In this document: positions 51,357 through 64,000 of the stretch, in pieces
Position numbering within the stretch: the first letter of the stretch is position 1
How the letters are laid out: every line of letters starts with the position of its first letter
NCBI RefSeq assembly: GCF_033153115.1
Contig: NW_026889758.1
Location: 46,314,001 to 46,378,000 of the forward strand
Direction of reading: 5' to 3'
Length of the DNA: 64,000 bases
Origin: Saccostrea echinata
Taxonomy: Eukaryota
Translations under genes and position numbers: made by a program
The notes under the pieces: model-generated
The model's input: only the letters and a program-made list of their open reading frames with translations
Told to the model about the DNA's origin: nothing
Databases searched by the model: none

Positions 51357-53098
51357 CAGGGAAATACTATCTCTGTTACAACGCACTTTGAAAAGTTACG
51401 CACTTTGAAAAAAAATTCAAAGTGCTTTAAATTTAGGACCAAGTTAAAGCACTTTGAAAAAAAATTTATTTGTTTTCAAAGTGCGTTAATATCGACCATA
51501 TTAACGCACACTGAAAAAAGGTATGCGGCTTGGTCATTATTCTTGCAAATTTTAGGTATGATGAATAATTATTTGAACATGGTTGGATAACTTTTCGGTG
51601 ATGACATCATACCAGGATCTAAGATATAGACGTTTTCTTAAGGAAAGGGAGCAATTATGAACGTTCCATATAAAAAATTCTCTCTATCTCTTTCTAATTA
51701 TCTGTATATCATATTAATCTATCTATCTATAGTCAGTTGGCTTTTGTTGTTAGATCAGCGATATGGTCCCTGAGTCTCTCTTTTTTAATATAATAGAGTG
51801 CGTTATTTTCTTTTCAGGAAAGTTTATCTCAATTTTTTCATCTTATTTTACGTTAAGGTATGTCAGTCGCGATATAAGTTACATCTAGGATTTTTTGAAA
51901 AGTATATTTTAAATGATAACTCATATAGCATGACTGAAAATCGCAAAGAAAATTAGGGGTCAGTGTGCATCTTACTGAGCAACGGTATAATCAACTTGAC
52001 CTTTTTGCACTTCAATTGTAACTTTTAGGTTGATAACTTTAATCTTAATCAAATTTTACCATATGTAATCATGGTAATAAACATAATTTTCTTTCATACA
52101 AATAGCTTGAATAACATTTTTATTGAAAATTAATGCACGTACAGTATTGTGGGACCTTTTTGCAATAAAAAATATAATATTTTGGGTATTAAAATTCTAA
52201 AAAGGCAATAAAATATTTTCTTGTATCAAGATTTTTATGGCTTTAATGCTGATCAGTTGAATGTATCGTGCAATTAAAAAAAATGAAAGCAAAAGTTGGG
52301 GCCAGTGATGTAAATTCTGAGATATTGGTCAAAATATGCGATTTTAGGGTGAAAAACTGTGTAAATTTTAACTTGACTTCTTAAACATATCTTCATTTTT
52401 TGGCAAAGACTGTTGACTTAATATGTAATATTTCTTTTATAAAATATTAATTGAAAACTATATTTAATATTCCTAGCATATAATAACGAACAAAAAATGT
52501 CCGAGCATAAATATGTAGGGCTAAAGTTCCAAGATATTAAATCAAACAAATGTATAGATTTGAAGAATTTTCTTCTTAATATTCTTCCAACACAGGAAAT
52601 AGTCCTCAATAATTATATAAATCTTGTTTCTTTACATTTTCATGAACAGTTTTTAAATTGAATATTGTAGAATTTGCATTGTTTAATTCAAATATATTAT
52701 AAAAATTAAATTTTAATAAATAACTGAAGTTAGAGGTTCTGACCAATTTTTTTCTCAAAAGATGACGAGTGACATACCTTAACTCATATTTATTGAGAGA
52801 GAGTATGTCAGTGTCATACCAGTTATTTGGGTAGGAAAGATAAAGAGATGGGTTGAGGGACCTTCTACATGTCTTCTCGTTCTCGATGAGGGTAAATCAA
52901 TTCATCAGAACTTCGAAAGAAATATAACAAAATAACGCTGCCAACTACTAAAATCTAAGTCCAGACTTTTTGTTTTATACACATTTTTTCAAAGTACGTT
53001 AAGTGTCTTCATGGTAAAAAATGTTGGTACACTCTTAACGCACTTTGAAAAAAATTTTCAAAGTGCGTTGAATTTGACGCGGTATAGAATCTCCCCTA
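51357..53098. mobile_element. Degenerate TIR element with aacgcactttgaaaa subterminal repeats (hosts a nested MITE)
   Basis: Repeat clusters at 51379-51515 and 52985-53070; weak TIR agggaaatactat / atagaatctccct. Confidence 0.5.
51857..52778. mobile_element. TTAA-flanked MITE (Kolobok-like)
   Basis: TTAA|ggtatgtcagtcg ... cgagtgacatacc|TTAA. Confidence 0.85.
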
Positions 53099-54324
53099 TT
53101 TCATATAAGCTACGGAGAGCATGGATGGCCCTAGGAGATGACCTCTTTACGTTACTGTATCCCGCTAAAATAATCCCGTGCTGGTCAGCGCTATCATCCT
53201 CATTCATTCGTGATCTTCGACTGAATAATAACTAGTATAGCTTTATGTTTCAACGCATATACATGTAATGAACTATCAAATAAATCCCAACTTTTTCGAA
53301 ATGTAAATTTAAATACTTCTGGAATTGTGACCAATAATTCCAATATTAAATCAATTCAATTTAATTTATTTACTGCTTAGAAGAAACAGTATAATTATTT
53401 ATGCATAGATAGGAATGAAGCACTCAGTGTTTTTCAAAGATGGAGGGGAGGGGGGGGGGGTAGAACACCAGATTATAACTAAAACTTAGTACTGTATAAT
53501 AAACGTATAAATAAAAAGAAGAAGTTCCTGATTAACTCTGAGATGCACAATAATGGAAAAATGGGGGGGGGGGGGTTTAGAAATTTTTTTTTATAAAAGG
53601 TTTTAGGGGAAAAATAATAGGAAGAACCACCTTGCCTCGCCTAATACTACGTGTCTGATAAGAAATGAGCTGTTGCAAGTTTGGAGTCTCCTAAGATCAT
53701 GTTAGGACGGGTCTTTCAATGTCTTAACTTTAGGAGAAATCCTAAGATATGTTTTAAGTCAAGACAGATTCGATGGCCTCAGGAATAAGATATAACATAA
53801 ACACAGGTTTTCAGATTTACAAATATCGAAATGGATGAAGCTTAATTAAGAACATTTATAAAAACCTACTGTAGATATTTCTGTTGTTCATTTTTTCGAA
53901 TGAAACCATAATAGTTTCTTGTTTCTTAGAATCTACAGTCAATATCAACTTTATTAAAATCTATCTAACTCACCGAACATTTAACACCGACATTTTTTGT
54001 CCCTATTTTGATACTCTACACCTTCAAATTTGTATGCAATAAAACACATTAATTAATCGTTTATTTGAGCCAAGATTGTCTTAGTACACTTAATCAAAAG
54101 TCTCCAGGGCATGATAGCATGTGAAACGTATTTTAAACCCACATGTCAAATACATCGTACTAAGCTGTGCCAAATATCAATAGACTACGTTAAAGGATCC
54201 ATGGTCTGGAATAGCTTTTGTACCCCACATGTTAAAAATTTAAAATCTTGTTTAAAAAATAAAACAATAGATTCTGTTGTGCTGGGCACAACACTCATCT
54301 AGGTCGTAATTTCTTTTAATAAAA

Positions 54325-54475
54325 NNNNNNNNNNNNNNNNNNNNNNNNNNNNNNNNNNNNNNNNNNNNNNNNNNNNNNNNNNNNNNNNNNNNNNNNNNNN
54401 NNNNNNNNNNNNNNNNNNNNNNNNNNNNNNNNNNNNNNNNNNNNNNNNNNNNNNNNNNNNNNNNNNNNNNNNNNN
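54325..54475. other. Assembly gap
   Basis: Run of N. Confidence 1.
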
Positions 54476-54852
54476 ATCAGATTAACAAAATAATAGCTTA
54501 TCATTCTTTTGAATGCTCAATTTTTTTCTGTTTGAGCTTGGAAGAGTGATTTAATAAAACTTGAGGATGAGCATTGCATATAAATCTTATAATGATGGAC
54601 ATTCCATTATAGATAAGGAAAAAAAAATTAATTTATATAATCCCATGTTTATAACCACTATTTTGTGAAGTCCCATCTTATAAACTTTATGGGACCACCA
54701 TAGATTTTCAAAACAAATAAACGAGAAGAACACTATTGTATTATAAAGCTTTAGGTAAGGCAGTGTTATGGTACTTATAATTTTTTGAGAACATAAACGT
54801 AATTTGCTCTTTATAAATAAAGAAATGCCATTCAATGAAAAAAATGTCTTAC

Positions 54853-54949
54853 TCGAATGTTTTAGGACTATCATAACTGTAGTCGGTTTCATAAGACAAA
54901 TCCCGCAATTTCTTTCCATCCCTGTAATATTCTAACTTCATTTCCCTAC
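54853..54949 (-). CDS. Gene B exon
   Basis: tttcag| GREMKLEYYRDG...YETDYSYDSPKTF |gtaag; phases 1/2 fit both neighbours. Confidence 0.88.
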
Positions 54950-55268
54950 CTGAAATACATATTAAAGATGTACCAATAAAATATGATTGTAGGAAAAGAT
55001 TTGTGTCAATGAGATCTGTTTAAAACGCTGATCTGGAAAATTTTCGTTTGCAATTCATATTTAAAGTTCCACTCCTGAAATGGAAATATTTATTTAGTTT
55101 CTACATATTTATTTTATTTTAGCTCAGAAAAGAGTTAAATACACTGAAACGAAGAACAGTCACCTAAAATTGAAAGTCTCAAAAAAATGAAAGTTTTGAG
55201 AGTACTTAATGTGCAAATTGACATTTATTAGTTATTTCACTTTTCGGATTTCCAACGTTTCGGCATGA

Positions 55269-55312
55269 GCATCACTGAAGAGACATAATTTGTCGAAATG
55301 CGCATCTGGTGC
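55269..55312 (+). ncRNA. Minimal type I hammerhead ribozyme (Penelope/retrozyme-type)
   Basis: gcatca-CTGAAGA-gaca(taatt)tgtc-GAAA-tgcgca-TC-tggtgc: conserved core with stems I and II and a palindromic stem III. Confidence 0.8.
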
Positions 55313-56734
55313 ATCAAAATTGGTACCGTCTAAGATTTACATTAAGGACACGACATATTCAGGTCATCACCAACAAAACACAAGTTTTAATTCAATCCAA
55401 TGAAGGATTTCAAGTTTTGACAAATATTTCAGTATCTTATCTCATTGCGAGATGAAGTGACATTCACTTTTGAGATATAATCTAGGTTCAAGGTCATGGC
55501 ACATTTTTTGTCATAGATAACAAATTCTAAAGTTTGAAACTGCTCCAGTAAATGGTTCGAGATATACAGTCCGATGATATGATATGATAGACGAAGAGAC
55601 AGATGAACTGACAGACAGGCATGACATAATCAAACTGTCTTCTTTTATTGGAGATTGATAGGTAATTAACAAGAGTGATTAATGTACTTAGCAACTTTGT
55701 TTTATTAGCATTTTAAAAAGTCACGTATTTCGTCCCACGGGATGTTAATATTAGTTTTAGCCTGGTTATCTTCTATCATAAAATCGTATTCGAACCAACT
55801 TCAAAACCTCTCACTGGAATGGATTCCAACTTTACATGTCTAACGTTCTTGTCTATGACATTAAAAGCATGTCATTATCTTATTTCAAAGATCATGGTCA
55901 ACAGGAAATGAGATAATGAAATGTTGTATGGACTATAACTATTTAAACTCATTGATATGACATTATCTCGACTAAAGGTCAATATGAGTTATCATAGGTC
56001 ACTTCGAAATGAAATCTTGAAATAGTCTATCAGCTTTAACTTTGAAACTGTAGTTCGAAATAAATACCAACAAGTGCAATGCTGTTGAAGACTCACAAGT
56101 CCTTATTATCTTGACTGAATGTAATATCTTCAATGTGAAGGTCACTGGGCTTGAGATATAGAAATTTGGCCTGAGTCGCAACGTTAAGGAATCATTAAAA
56201 ATATTAAGGGGATCAATTCAAATTTAAATTTGTTGTTGGTTATCTAAAAGCGTGCCTCGACCTTGAGCCATGATTAAGTCTCAAAAATCAAGACTACTGA
56301 CAGGGATACAAATTTTGTCAAATCAGTATAACTTAGAACATTATATTAAAATAATATTCAGTGTCTAGTATATTATTAAACATTGCTTTTGCTATCCTGT
56401 AGGGCATTTTAAGGTTATATACACGTATAGTGATAGCCAGGGGTCTTAACCCCCCCCCCCCCCCAATTTTTTTCATTTTTCCAAGGAAAATATTGACTGT
56501 GTGATAAATCATAATATTATACTTTCATGTAAATTAGTTGAATCTCATTCGTCGAGAAACATTTGTTAAAAATTATTATTACCCTCTGAATGATGAAGCC
56601 ACGCCCTCCAGCGTAGCAACAGTAAACATTGCTTGACGACGGGTGATATTCCAAAAAATAGTGACTGCGCAAAATTTATGCGCACAAAGTTCACTGTTAT
56701 ATGTATTTGTATAAAACATTCAGTATAATATAAT

Positions 56735-56875
56735 AAATATTGCATGTAGATGAGTGTAGCATTGAAAATTTTCACCCCTCGAAAGCCATTGTCAACCTCG
56801 GCTGCGCCTCGGTTGACAATGGTTTTCTTGGGGTGAAAATTTTTAATGTTACACTCAACTACATGCAATATTTAT
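56735..56875. repeat. Long hairpin (Crypton-like terminal palindrome, tentative)
   Basis: aatattgcatgtag...ccattgtcaacctcggctgcgcctcggttgacaatgg...ctacatgcaatatt. Confidence 0.7.
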
Positions 56876-57051
56876 ATAATGTTTAATATTTTTTTTATTT
56901 ATATATATTGTTTGATGAAAACTGAGATAAAAAGTGAAATTTTATCTAAACAGCCATCTGCGATCGTAGACTTTGATTTAAAGTTATATTAAATAGAAAT
57001 ATAACTAAGAAGCATATATACAATTTAAGAAATAAATCGAGAAAAAAATAC

Positions 57052-57298
57052 CAAGGTAGTGCATATGATTCAGTGCACGAGTAAAGTAGACTGGTCCATT
57101 TACAATAAATCGTGAAGTGTCGGTACGGGAACAATTCGCTGTCACCACAACTCGAGGAGAGCGTGGAGGGATCCGAATGTAGTTCTGTCCAACCAGCAAA
57201 ATTCCTGTGTTATGGATTCTTCTTGTCTTAGTTAAAAATATATACATGCCAGATCCGTCCATATGGTCTGTCCTTTTATCCGGGTTATTCCAATGAAT
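57052..57298 (-). CDS. Gene B exon
   Basis: ccttag| IHWNNPD...DGSG...NHMHYLG |gtatt; contains Cu ligands. Confidence 0.92.
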
Positions 57299-57375
57299 CT
57301 AAGGGAAAACAGATATGTTTACTTGTGAATAAAGTTGAAAGTGCAGTGATTCTCCAACATGCAATAATATATATA

Positions 57376-57417
<42 letters not shown>

Positions 57418-57565
57418 AATATAAAGAAAAGATTTATAACAGTGAAATACTCTAATTTATTTATTGAACATAAGTGATATTCCGTCACATTGTGACAGAA
57501 TATCAGAAGTGCAACAAAACACTCGATTTTCTTTCCCTTATATTGTAAAAAGTACTCCCTGGCTT

Positions 57566-57618
<53 letters not shown>

Positions 57619-58104
57619 AATAAACCATCCTGACAGTGTCTAAAACTGCCAAAGTTTCTCCAAATATGTTTGTTTACAATGTTTTCAATATCACAATGCT
57701 AAGCTATAACATCTCAACCGCTCAACTATGACGTCACAGCATATGACACTGTGTTACGAAAAGAGGCAAAGTAAAATTCAAAGAAAATGTAATAAACAGA
57801 AAATTCAATATTTTGTAGTTGGATTTGGAATTTATTTCACTTCGTGAGATAAGATCTGCACTCGTGAAAATAAAAAAAAATATCCTGCCCCACTAAATTC
57901 CAAATTCAACTACAAAACATTGAATATCCTCTATATACGCAATAGACATTATCATTCTTGTATTTAAAAAAAGACAACTTTTTGGTAAGAAAAAAGGCAG
58001 CAATAAATAACAAAATGCGCATGGACCTTAATGCTCACCCGCATGTCACTATGCTTTTTTCTAAGCTTCATGTGTTCATTTTCTCTCATCATTTTTATTT
58101 TTAA

Positions 58105-59022
58105 GGCATGTCACTCGTCAGCTTTTAAGAAAAGTTCGGTCAGAACCACTAACTTCAAAACTATTCATTACAATTCAATTTTTAGAACATATTTGAATTA
58201 AACAATGCAAATTATACAATATTCAATTTAAAAACTGCTCACAAAGACATAAAGAAACAAGATTTATGGGGGACTATTTTTTGTGGAGGAAGGATATTTA
58301 GAAGAAAATTCTTCAAATCTACACATTTGTTACAATTAATATCTTGAATCTTTAGCCTCACATATTTTTACTCAGAGAATATTTCCCGTTATTATATGCT
58401 AGGAATATTAAATATAGGTTTCAATGTATACTTTAAGAACACATTTTACACATTCACTCAACAGATTTTGCCAAGAAATGAAAATATATTAAAGAAGTCA
58501 AGATAAAATTTACAGAGTTTTTTGCTCGAAAATCGCATATTTTGACCAATATCTCAAAATTTTCATCACTGACACCAGCTTTTTCTTTTATTATTTTAAA
58601 CTACATGGTACTTCCAACCAATCAGCATTAAAGTAATAAATGTTTGATACAAGAAAATGTTTTATTGCCTATTTAGATTTTTAATACCCCAAATATGATA
58701 CTTTTTAGTGCAGAAAGGTCACACAATGATTTATGCGCATTAATTTGCAGGATTTGTTCAATGATACATATTATTCAAATTATTTTACGTAAAATAAGAT
58801 CATATTTATGATTACATCTGATAAAATATGATAAGATTAAAGTTATTAACCTAAGAGTTTCAATCTAAGTGCAAAAAGGTCAAATTAATTGTACAATTGC
58901 TCAGTAAGGTGCACACTGACTCCTAATTTTCTTTGCGATTTTGAATCATGCTATATAAGTACTTATCTAAAATATACTTCTCAAAAAATCCTTGATATAA
59001 CTAATTTCACGAGTGACATACC
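58105..59022. mobile_element. Second, inverted copy of the same TTAA MITE family
   Basis: TTAA|ggcatgtcactcg ... cgagtgacatacc|TTAA; interior is a diverged reverse complement of 51857-52778. Confidence 0.85.
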
Positions 59023-59291
59023 TTAATTGAAAGATGTGATGCATCTCTCCTAATGTCTAGTTCAAAGGGGAATATTTAGACAAATCTGAATTTACAGGAG
59101 AATGTTTTAATAATAATTTAACAACCAGGAGCCTTATTTTTTTTTCTTCTTTTTTTAGAATTTTCTAATAAATAATAAGATACCTTTTGAAATTTGCAAG
59201 CTTCAAATTTTTGCTGGTTGCTAGTAACCCTGCCGCTTACTACAGTGGCAACAACAATTCAGAGGATTTAAATTTGAGTAAAAGCGTTCGT

Positions 59292-60752
59292 AACTGTACA
59301 GATTGTCGTTTTGACATACTGTCGTCGGCGACAATCTGCACCAAACCTCACTGCATATATTGTCTTCCATCGACACATATTGTCGCCGGCTGAAAAATTA
59401 TACATGTACATATTGTCGCTGGCAACATTGTGTGCCTACCTTCTCTGCAAAAATTGTGGTCCCACAGTTAGGGTTGCTTAAAGGATTTTTTTTTGTAGTT
59501 CTGTGAATATAATTGGTGTGTAAATCACACATACGTATCTCTTATGCTGTTTCATGCAGTGGGGTTGTGACGATCCATATTGTAGTCCTGTACATATTTT
59601 GTCACCACGGTGCGCGCTTATCAACGTAACATCAAAAACATAACATCATGACAGATTCTCAAAAATACACCACCTCTTCATTTCACACTCAGTCTGTGGC
59701 GCCTTACCCATTTATTTAAAAAAAAGTTTCTATACCACTTTATGCTTATTTTTTAACATTATTCGAGTTTCAAGATAATTCGTCAATGTGTTCAATGTTT
59801 TTTACCGCGTAGCTCGATCTGCTTTCACTAGTTCCGCAGCTGTGAAACGCAAATCCCTTTCCATTACGTTACTTATGGTTTTGACCAGATTTTTACAGAT
59901 ATTTTATTTCCTTGGAGGCCGTTCATCGTCCAATACAGAGTCTCTTCAGCTCAAAAAATTCCTGTGACATTAATGTATACACACTTGCACTGATAACTTT
60001 TGATATATTTTCTGCTTCCTCCACCCTTTTCTGAGTTCGTTACAGAAATGTTCTGAGTGCAACGCTAATCGCTGCTCCGCGACGTCCTGCCACGTCATCT
60101 TTTTTTCCATTTTCAAAAAGCACTACTTGTCTTCTGCAATTGATTTCTGTTCAACGAAACACTATATTACACCACAATTCGACATATGAAATTATGATGT
60201 AACAATACTCAATTTGAATACTAGTATTTGTTATTTTTTAAATTTTGTTGTAAAGTCATTTTAAATAGATATGACTATAGACATTTCATAGTGTGTTGTT
60301 TTGGGATTACATTATTAAATTTTGACATGTTGCATGACCCCATTTTTGCGTTTTTAAAAATATTTCAATAATTTTGAATTATATCATTGTATATTTAATT
60401 TTTTAAATTCAAATTATTCAGAAATATTGTTGAAATATTTCTACCGAATTTGGTGATAATATGACGTTAAATAAAAAGTTATGACAAAAGTCTATGTATT
60501 TTTTTAATGACCTTCGAATTCTTCAAAACTATACATTGGCGACACAATGTGCAAATGTTCACAATATATACATGTATTGTCGCAGACGACAATATGTGCT
60601 GATGTTTGACATTACATTTTGTCGTCCTTTTAACAGGAGAAAAAAAAAGCTCGTCGCGGCGTCGCCAGTGACAATATAAACCGATGGAATACATGTGTGC
60701 AGTTAGGGTAGATACAATTACATATTGTCGCCGGCGACAATATGTACAGAGT
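59292..60752. mobile_element. Unclassified TIR element with attgtcg..cgacaat palindromic subterminal repeats
   Basis: aactgtacagattgtcg ... cgacaatatgtacagagtt. Confidence 0.6.
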
Positions 60753-61466
60753 TCAAGTTCAATTTATTCTCTCAAACCAATTAATGGTACATGAGGTTCT
60801 ATGTACAATATATACAAAGACAATATACAAGATAAGCGTGAAATAGCAGAAATATATACAAGTAAAGTAAACAAAAGTAATTATGGAGGACAGACTTGTT
60901 CATATGCTTTAGAGATTTAATTACACAATATAATTAATACACTGGAGTAAGCAGTTGACAATAATTGAGAATTTGTTAAAATCTGGTCAATTATAATATT
61001 TTTTTGTAGATCTATGCCTTTTCCGGCATTCTGAGAAAAATTGACCATTCTAGAATATAGTGATACTCATCTGCTATTTGTCCCTCATTATAGATATTAC
61101 AAAGTCTATCATTTTTGTGAATTCCAATCCATCTCCCAGTCTCAACTGGGAGTCGATGATTTTCAGTACTAAATTTAATCAAACTTGTTTAAAGAACGAC
61201 AATATATACCGTCACAGCGTTGTATACTTAATTTTTTTTCCATTCATTTCTGAGACATACATTCTTCTTGTTTAAAGATAATCAAGAGCATTGAAAAAAA
61301 ATCGTGTAATTGTAGGAATAATATCATTAAAATACCTTTGAAACAGGGATCAAATAATAAGATTTTTAATTGACGCTAAAAACTTGTTTTTGCTCGACTG
61401 GTTTGAATTCCAGTAAAAAATGATCAAGTTATCAAGAATATAATATGCATATTGTTGCTCCAGTAC

Positions 61467-61621
61467 CTCTAATATGGCTTTCTTGTATCCATTTACTCCA
61501 ACCCTAAAACCACTGTCTTTATGAAGGCAATCACCATTAAAACCCACAGCCCAAAGCGCTATCATATCATCGCAGTTTTGCTTTTTCATGCCACAGCTCT
61601 GGGGAGTCGTTGTTGCGAATA
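61467..61621 (-). CDS. Gene B exon
   Basis: ttgcag| FATTTPQSCGM...IALWAVG...GFRVGVNGYKKAILE |gtactg. Confidence 0.88.
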
Positions 61622-62719
61622 CTGCAAGAAAGTTTATATATAAAGAGAGAGAGAGAGAGACTAATACATCTACATACCCTTTTCCATGTCATATCCTGTA
61701 CCAGCCTAAGACATAAAATATATCAGCCAGAGGGCCAAGGCTTTCTTGCTGATATTGGTCGAGGGATGATACAGAATGTGATATGGAAAAGGGTATGTTT
61801 TAGTATGTCTATTACATTACTTTGTAATAAAAAACTACACATCTCTACTTGAGCAAGTACAAAAATAAATAATCAATGGATTTCATAAGGAAAATTACAT
61901 TGATGTACATGTAAATATTTCACCTTACTTCCAATAGATCACATACACTTTACATGTTATTTGCTTCTTGACCCCCATTATCTTGCTACAAACCGCCCTG
62001 TCTTCGAATTCTCTACTCATATTTACATTCAGTGTAATTTTCGATATGAAATCCACTGGAAATCCACAACATTCAATACCCTATAACACACACAAAACTT
62101 TGTCACTGCGCGGTAGAATACACAGTAGGAACTATAATTATGCATTTTCAATACTCTAGGAACACCAACATGTATATTATTTTGACTTAATTTAATTAAA
62201 AACAAAAAAACCTATGAAAATATTAGGAAAATATAACAATTGTACGTTTAAATTTATTTTTAAATTTTTTTTTCTCGCAATATTCATTTGCGTTATTTAA
62301 GTTTCCACGTCTCAAACGTCTCTTACGTCTATTAAGCACATCAGTTCTGAATTGAAAGGCGCTAAATTCATAATAAATATTAACGAAAATAACAATTATG
62401 AAGAGACAAAATTAGAGATTGTAAAAAATAAGCATTAAATTCTTATTTATGGATGTCGTCGGTCCTATAACAGCACCTGCCGACAAATTTACTGCGCTAA
62501 CGCGGTATTCGATAAGAATTAAATGCTTAATTCATCAGATCGACTGATTTTATTTTCATTTCATTTTTATTTTTATAAATTTCTTTGCCAATGAAGACAA
62601 ACAGCCCTGCCCTACATTGTTTCAGTGAACATGGTTGTTTTGAACAACCTAAGCCCTAACAAGCGTCACGGAATGTCTGCAGAGCTAATGTTGTTCATAA
62701 CACCTTGTTCCACAGGCAC

Positions 62720-62871
62720 TTAAGACTCTAGACGAAATACAAGAACTTCTGGTTGGGGTTATAAATGTAGGATAAAACCAGAGACCTCCAAGTTTTACAT
62801 TCTGAGGTCTCTGGTTTTATGATACACTACAACTCTAACCGGAAGTTCTTATATCCCGTCTAGAGTCTTAA
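62720..62871. mobile_element. TTAA-flanked ~150 bp hairpin MITE
   Basis: ttaagactctagacg..aagaacttctggtt / aaccggaagttctt..cgtctagagtcttaa, with inner aaaaccagagacctc / gaggtctctggtttt. Confidence 0.8.
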
Positions 62872-63188
62872 AATGTATCGATGTAATTATCGAGGAATAA
62901 ATGAGTGGTTTACAATAAAGAGGCTCAACCAGAGACGTCTGAAACGATTTATTTGACAAGAAAGAAGTCTCTCGAAGCAAACGATGTCATTTTGAAGTAG
63001 GTTAATGTTTGATATATTAACAAAATACGAGTTTGAAGGGGGGGGGGGTGCCTGAAATTCGGTTAGGTACCTTGTGGAAAGAAAAGAAAGGGGGTGACCC
63101 CATATACGAAACAGGTGCGTGTGCCCTGTTCACTGAAAAACGTTGTTCATTTCTTAAATATATATGCGAGTGTGAGGGTGTGTGTGTG

Positions 63189-63190
<2 letters not shown>

Positions 63191-63253
<63 letters not shown>
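63191..63253. repeat. (GA)n microsatellite (others at ~48131, 57378, 57568)
   Basis: Direct reading. Confidence 0.95.
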
Positions 63254-63254
<1 letters not shown>

Positions 63255-63586
63255 AAGATAGATTTATAATATTTTATCATATTTGTCTTTAGATCAATAA
63301 ATTTGTACGTTGCACAATTTTGCACAAAATTTTTATCATCTTGTGGCAATAAGTGGTTGACGGGGCATGGCTTCGCTTATGTGAATGTGAATAGGGTTTG
63401 ACCTATATAAATGTAAACCAATTATGCAAACTTAAAAAATCCTAAGTACTAGGGTTCTTTTTTCATCTTCTCCACAAACTTGCAATTGTACAACAATGCC
63501 CCACCTCATACACATTAACAATGCAATATCCCCTCAGCACCTTGTTGCTCGAGGTAATATTTCTATTCTAAGGAAAAATCACTAAC

Positions 63587-63766
63587 CTGTGTCTTTACAG
63601 CCGTATAGAATCATATGATGTAACACATCGGCATTGTCAATCAAAGGCTGTGAACCAATAAGATGGTAATCTCCATCTGTGAGGAGGTCAAAGGTCATGC
63701 AGTAATAATTTGTTTCCCAAGGGGGCACTGTGGTTCTTGGAAATTTCAATGTTTGGTTAATAGTAT
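63587..63766 (-). CDS. Gene B exon
   Basis: tttcag| TINQTLKFPRTTVPPWETNYYCMTF...IDNADVLHHMILYGC |gttagt. Confidence 0.92.
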
Positions 63767-63897
63767 CTGAAAATAGAGAAATATGTTACAAGTGAAATAA
63801 AACACAATTTCCAAATATTCTAAACTTTATTGATGTTGTGAACTTTATTTTCAGAAGATACCGGTACATAAATATCTTCATACATCAGATCACAAAC

Positions 63898-63993
63898 CTT
63901 CTTCCATATCGCAGGTGAATTTTGGAGGGTCGTCACATTGCAGAAAAGCGTTCTTTCCTGTGCATTTTGGGTCACCAAGGGGTTCACATACAC
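63898..63993 (-). CDS. Gene B exon (end of temptin domain)
   Basis: tttttag| (G)VCEPLGDPKCTGKNAFLQC...FTC |gtttgt; phase-1 continuation expected after an SHPG exon. Confidence 0.85.
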
Positions 63994-64000
63994 CTAAAAA

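Overview
AT-rich, repeat-dense eukaryotic DNA. It is probably from a bivalve mollusc (oyster-like); this is inferred from the repeat types and the temptin/Cu-monooxygenase genes. There are two N gaps (12800-13005, 54325-54475). (1) 1-~11900 is a decayed Polinton/Maverick-like (virus-like) element. Its protein-primed DNA polymerase B pseudogene is present twice as a >3.5 kb near-perfect inverted repeat. It is followed by small minus-strand cargo genes: an intact CRESS-Rep-like + RING fusion, a PC4-like pseudogene and an intact 71-aa GADD34/DP71L-like PP1-recruiting ORF. (2) Two minus-strand, intron-containing host paralogues of a temptin-domain / copper type II monooxygenase (MOXD1/DBH-like) family: the first three exons of one (15261-13175) and the last six exons of the other (63993-46759). 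(3) An intact-looking Ngaro/DIRS-type tyrosine-recombinase retroelement (39691-46705; SGNH, gag, RT/RNaseH, YR; split direct repeats). It has phase-compatible splice sites and sits about 54 bp after the stop codon of the second gene. (4) A non-coding 5.2 kb element with the same split-direct-repeat layout (15897-21098). (5) Many other TEs: a 9 kb foldback element, Harbinger, a mariner-like MITE, Kolobok-like MITEs, Helentron/HINE-like elements, RTE-X-like LINE and Penelope fragments, and a minimal hammerhead ribozyme. All family assignments come from motif recognition by eye, not database searches.
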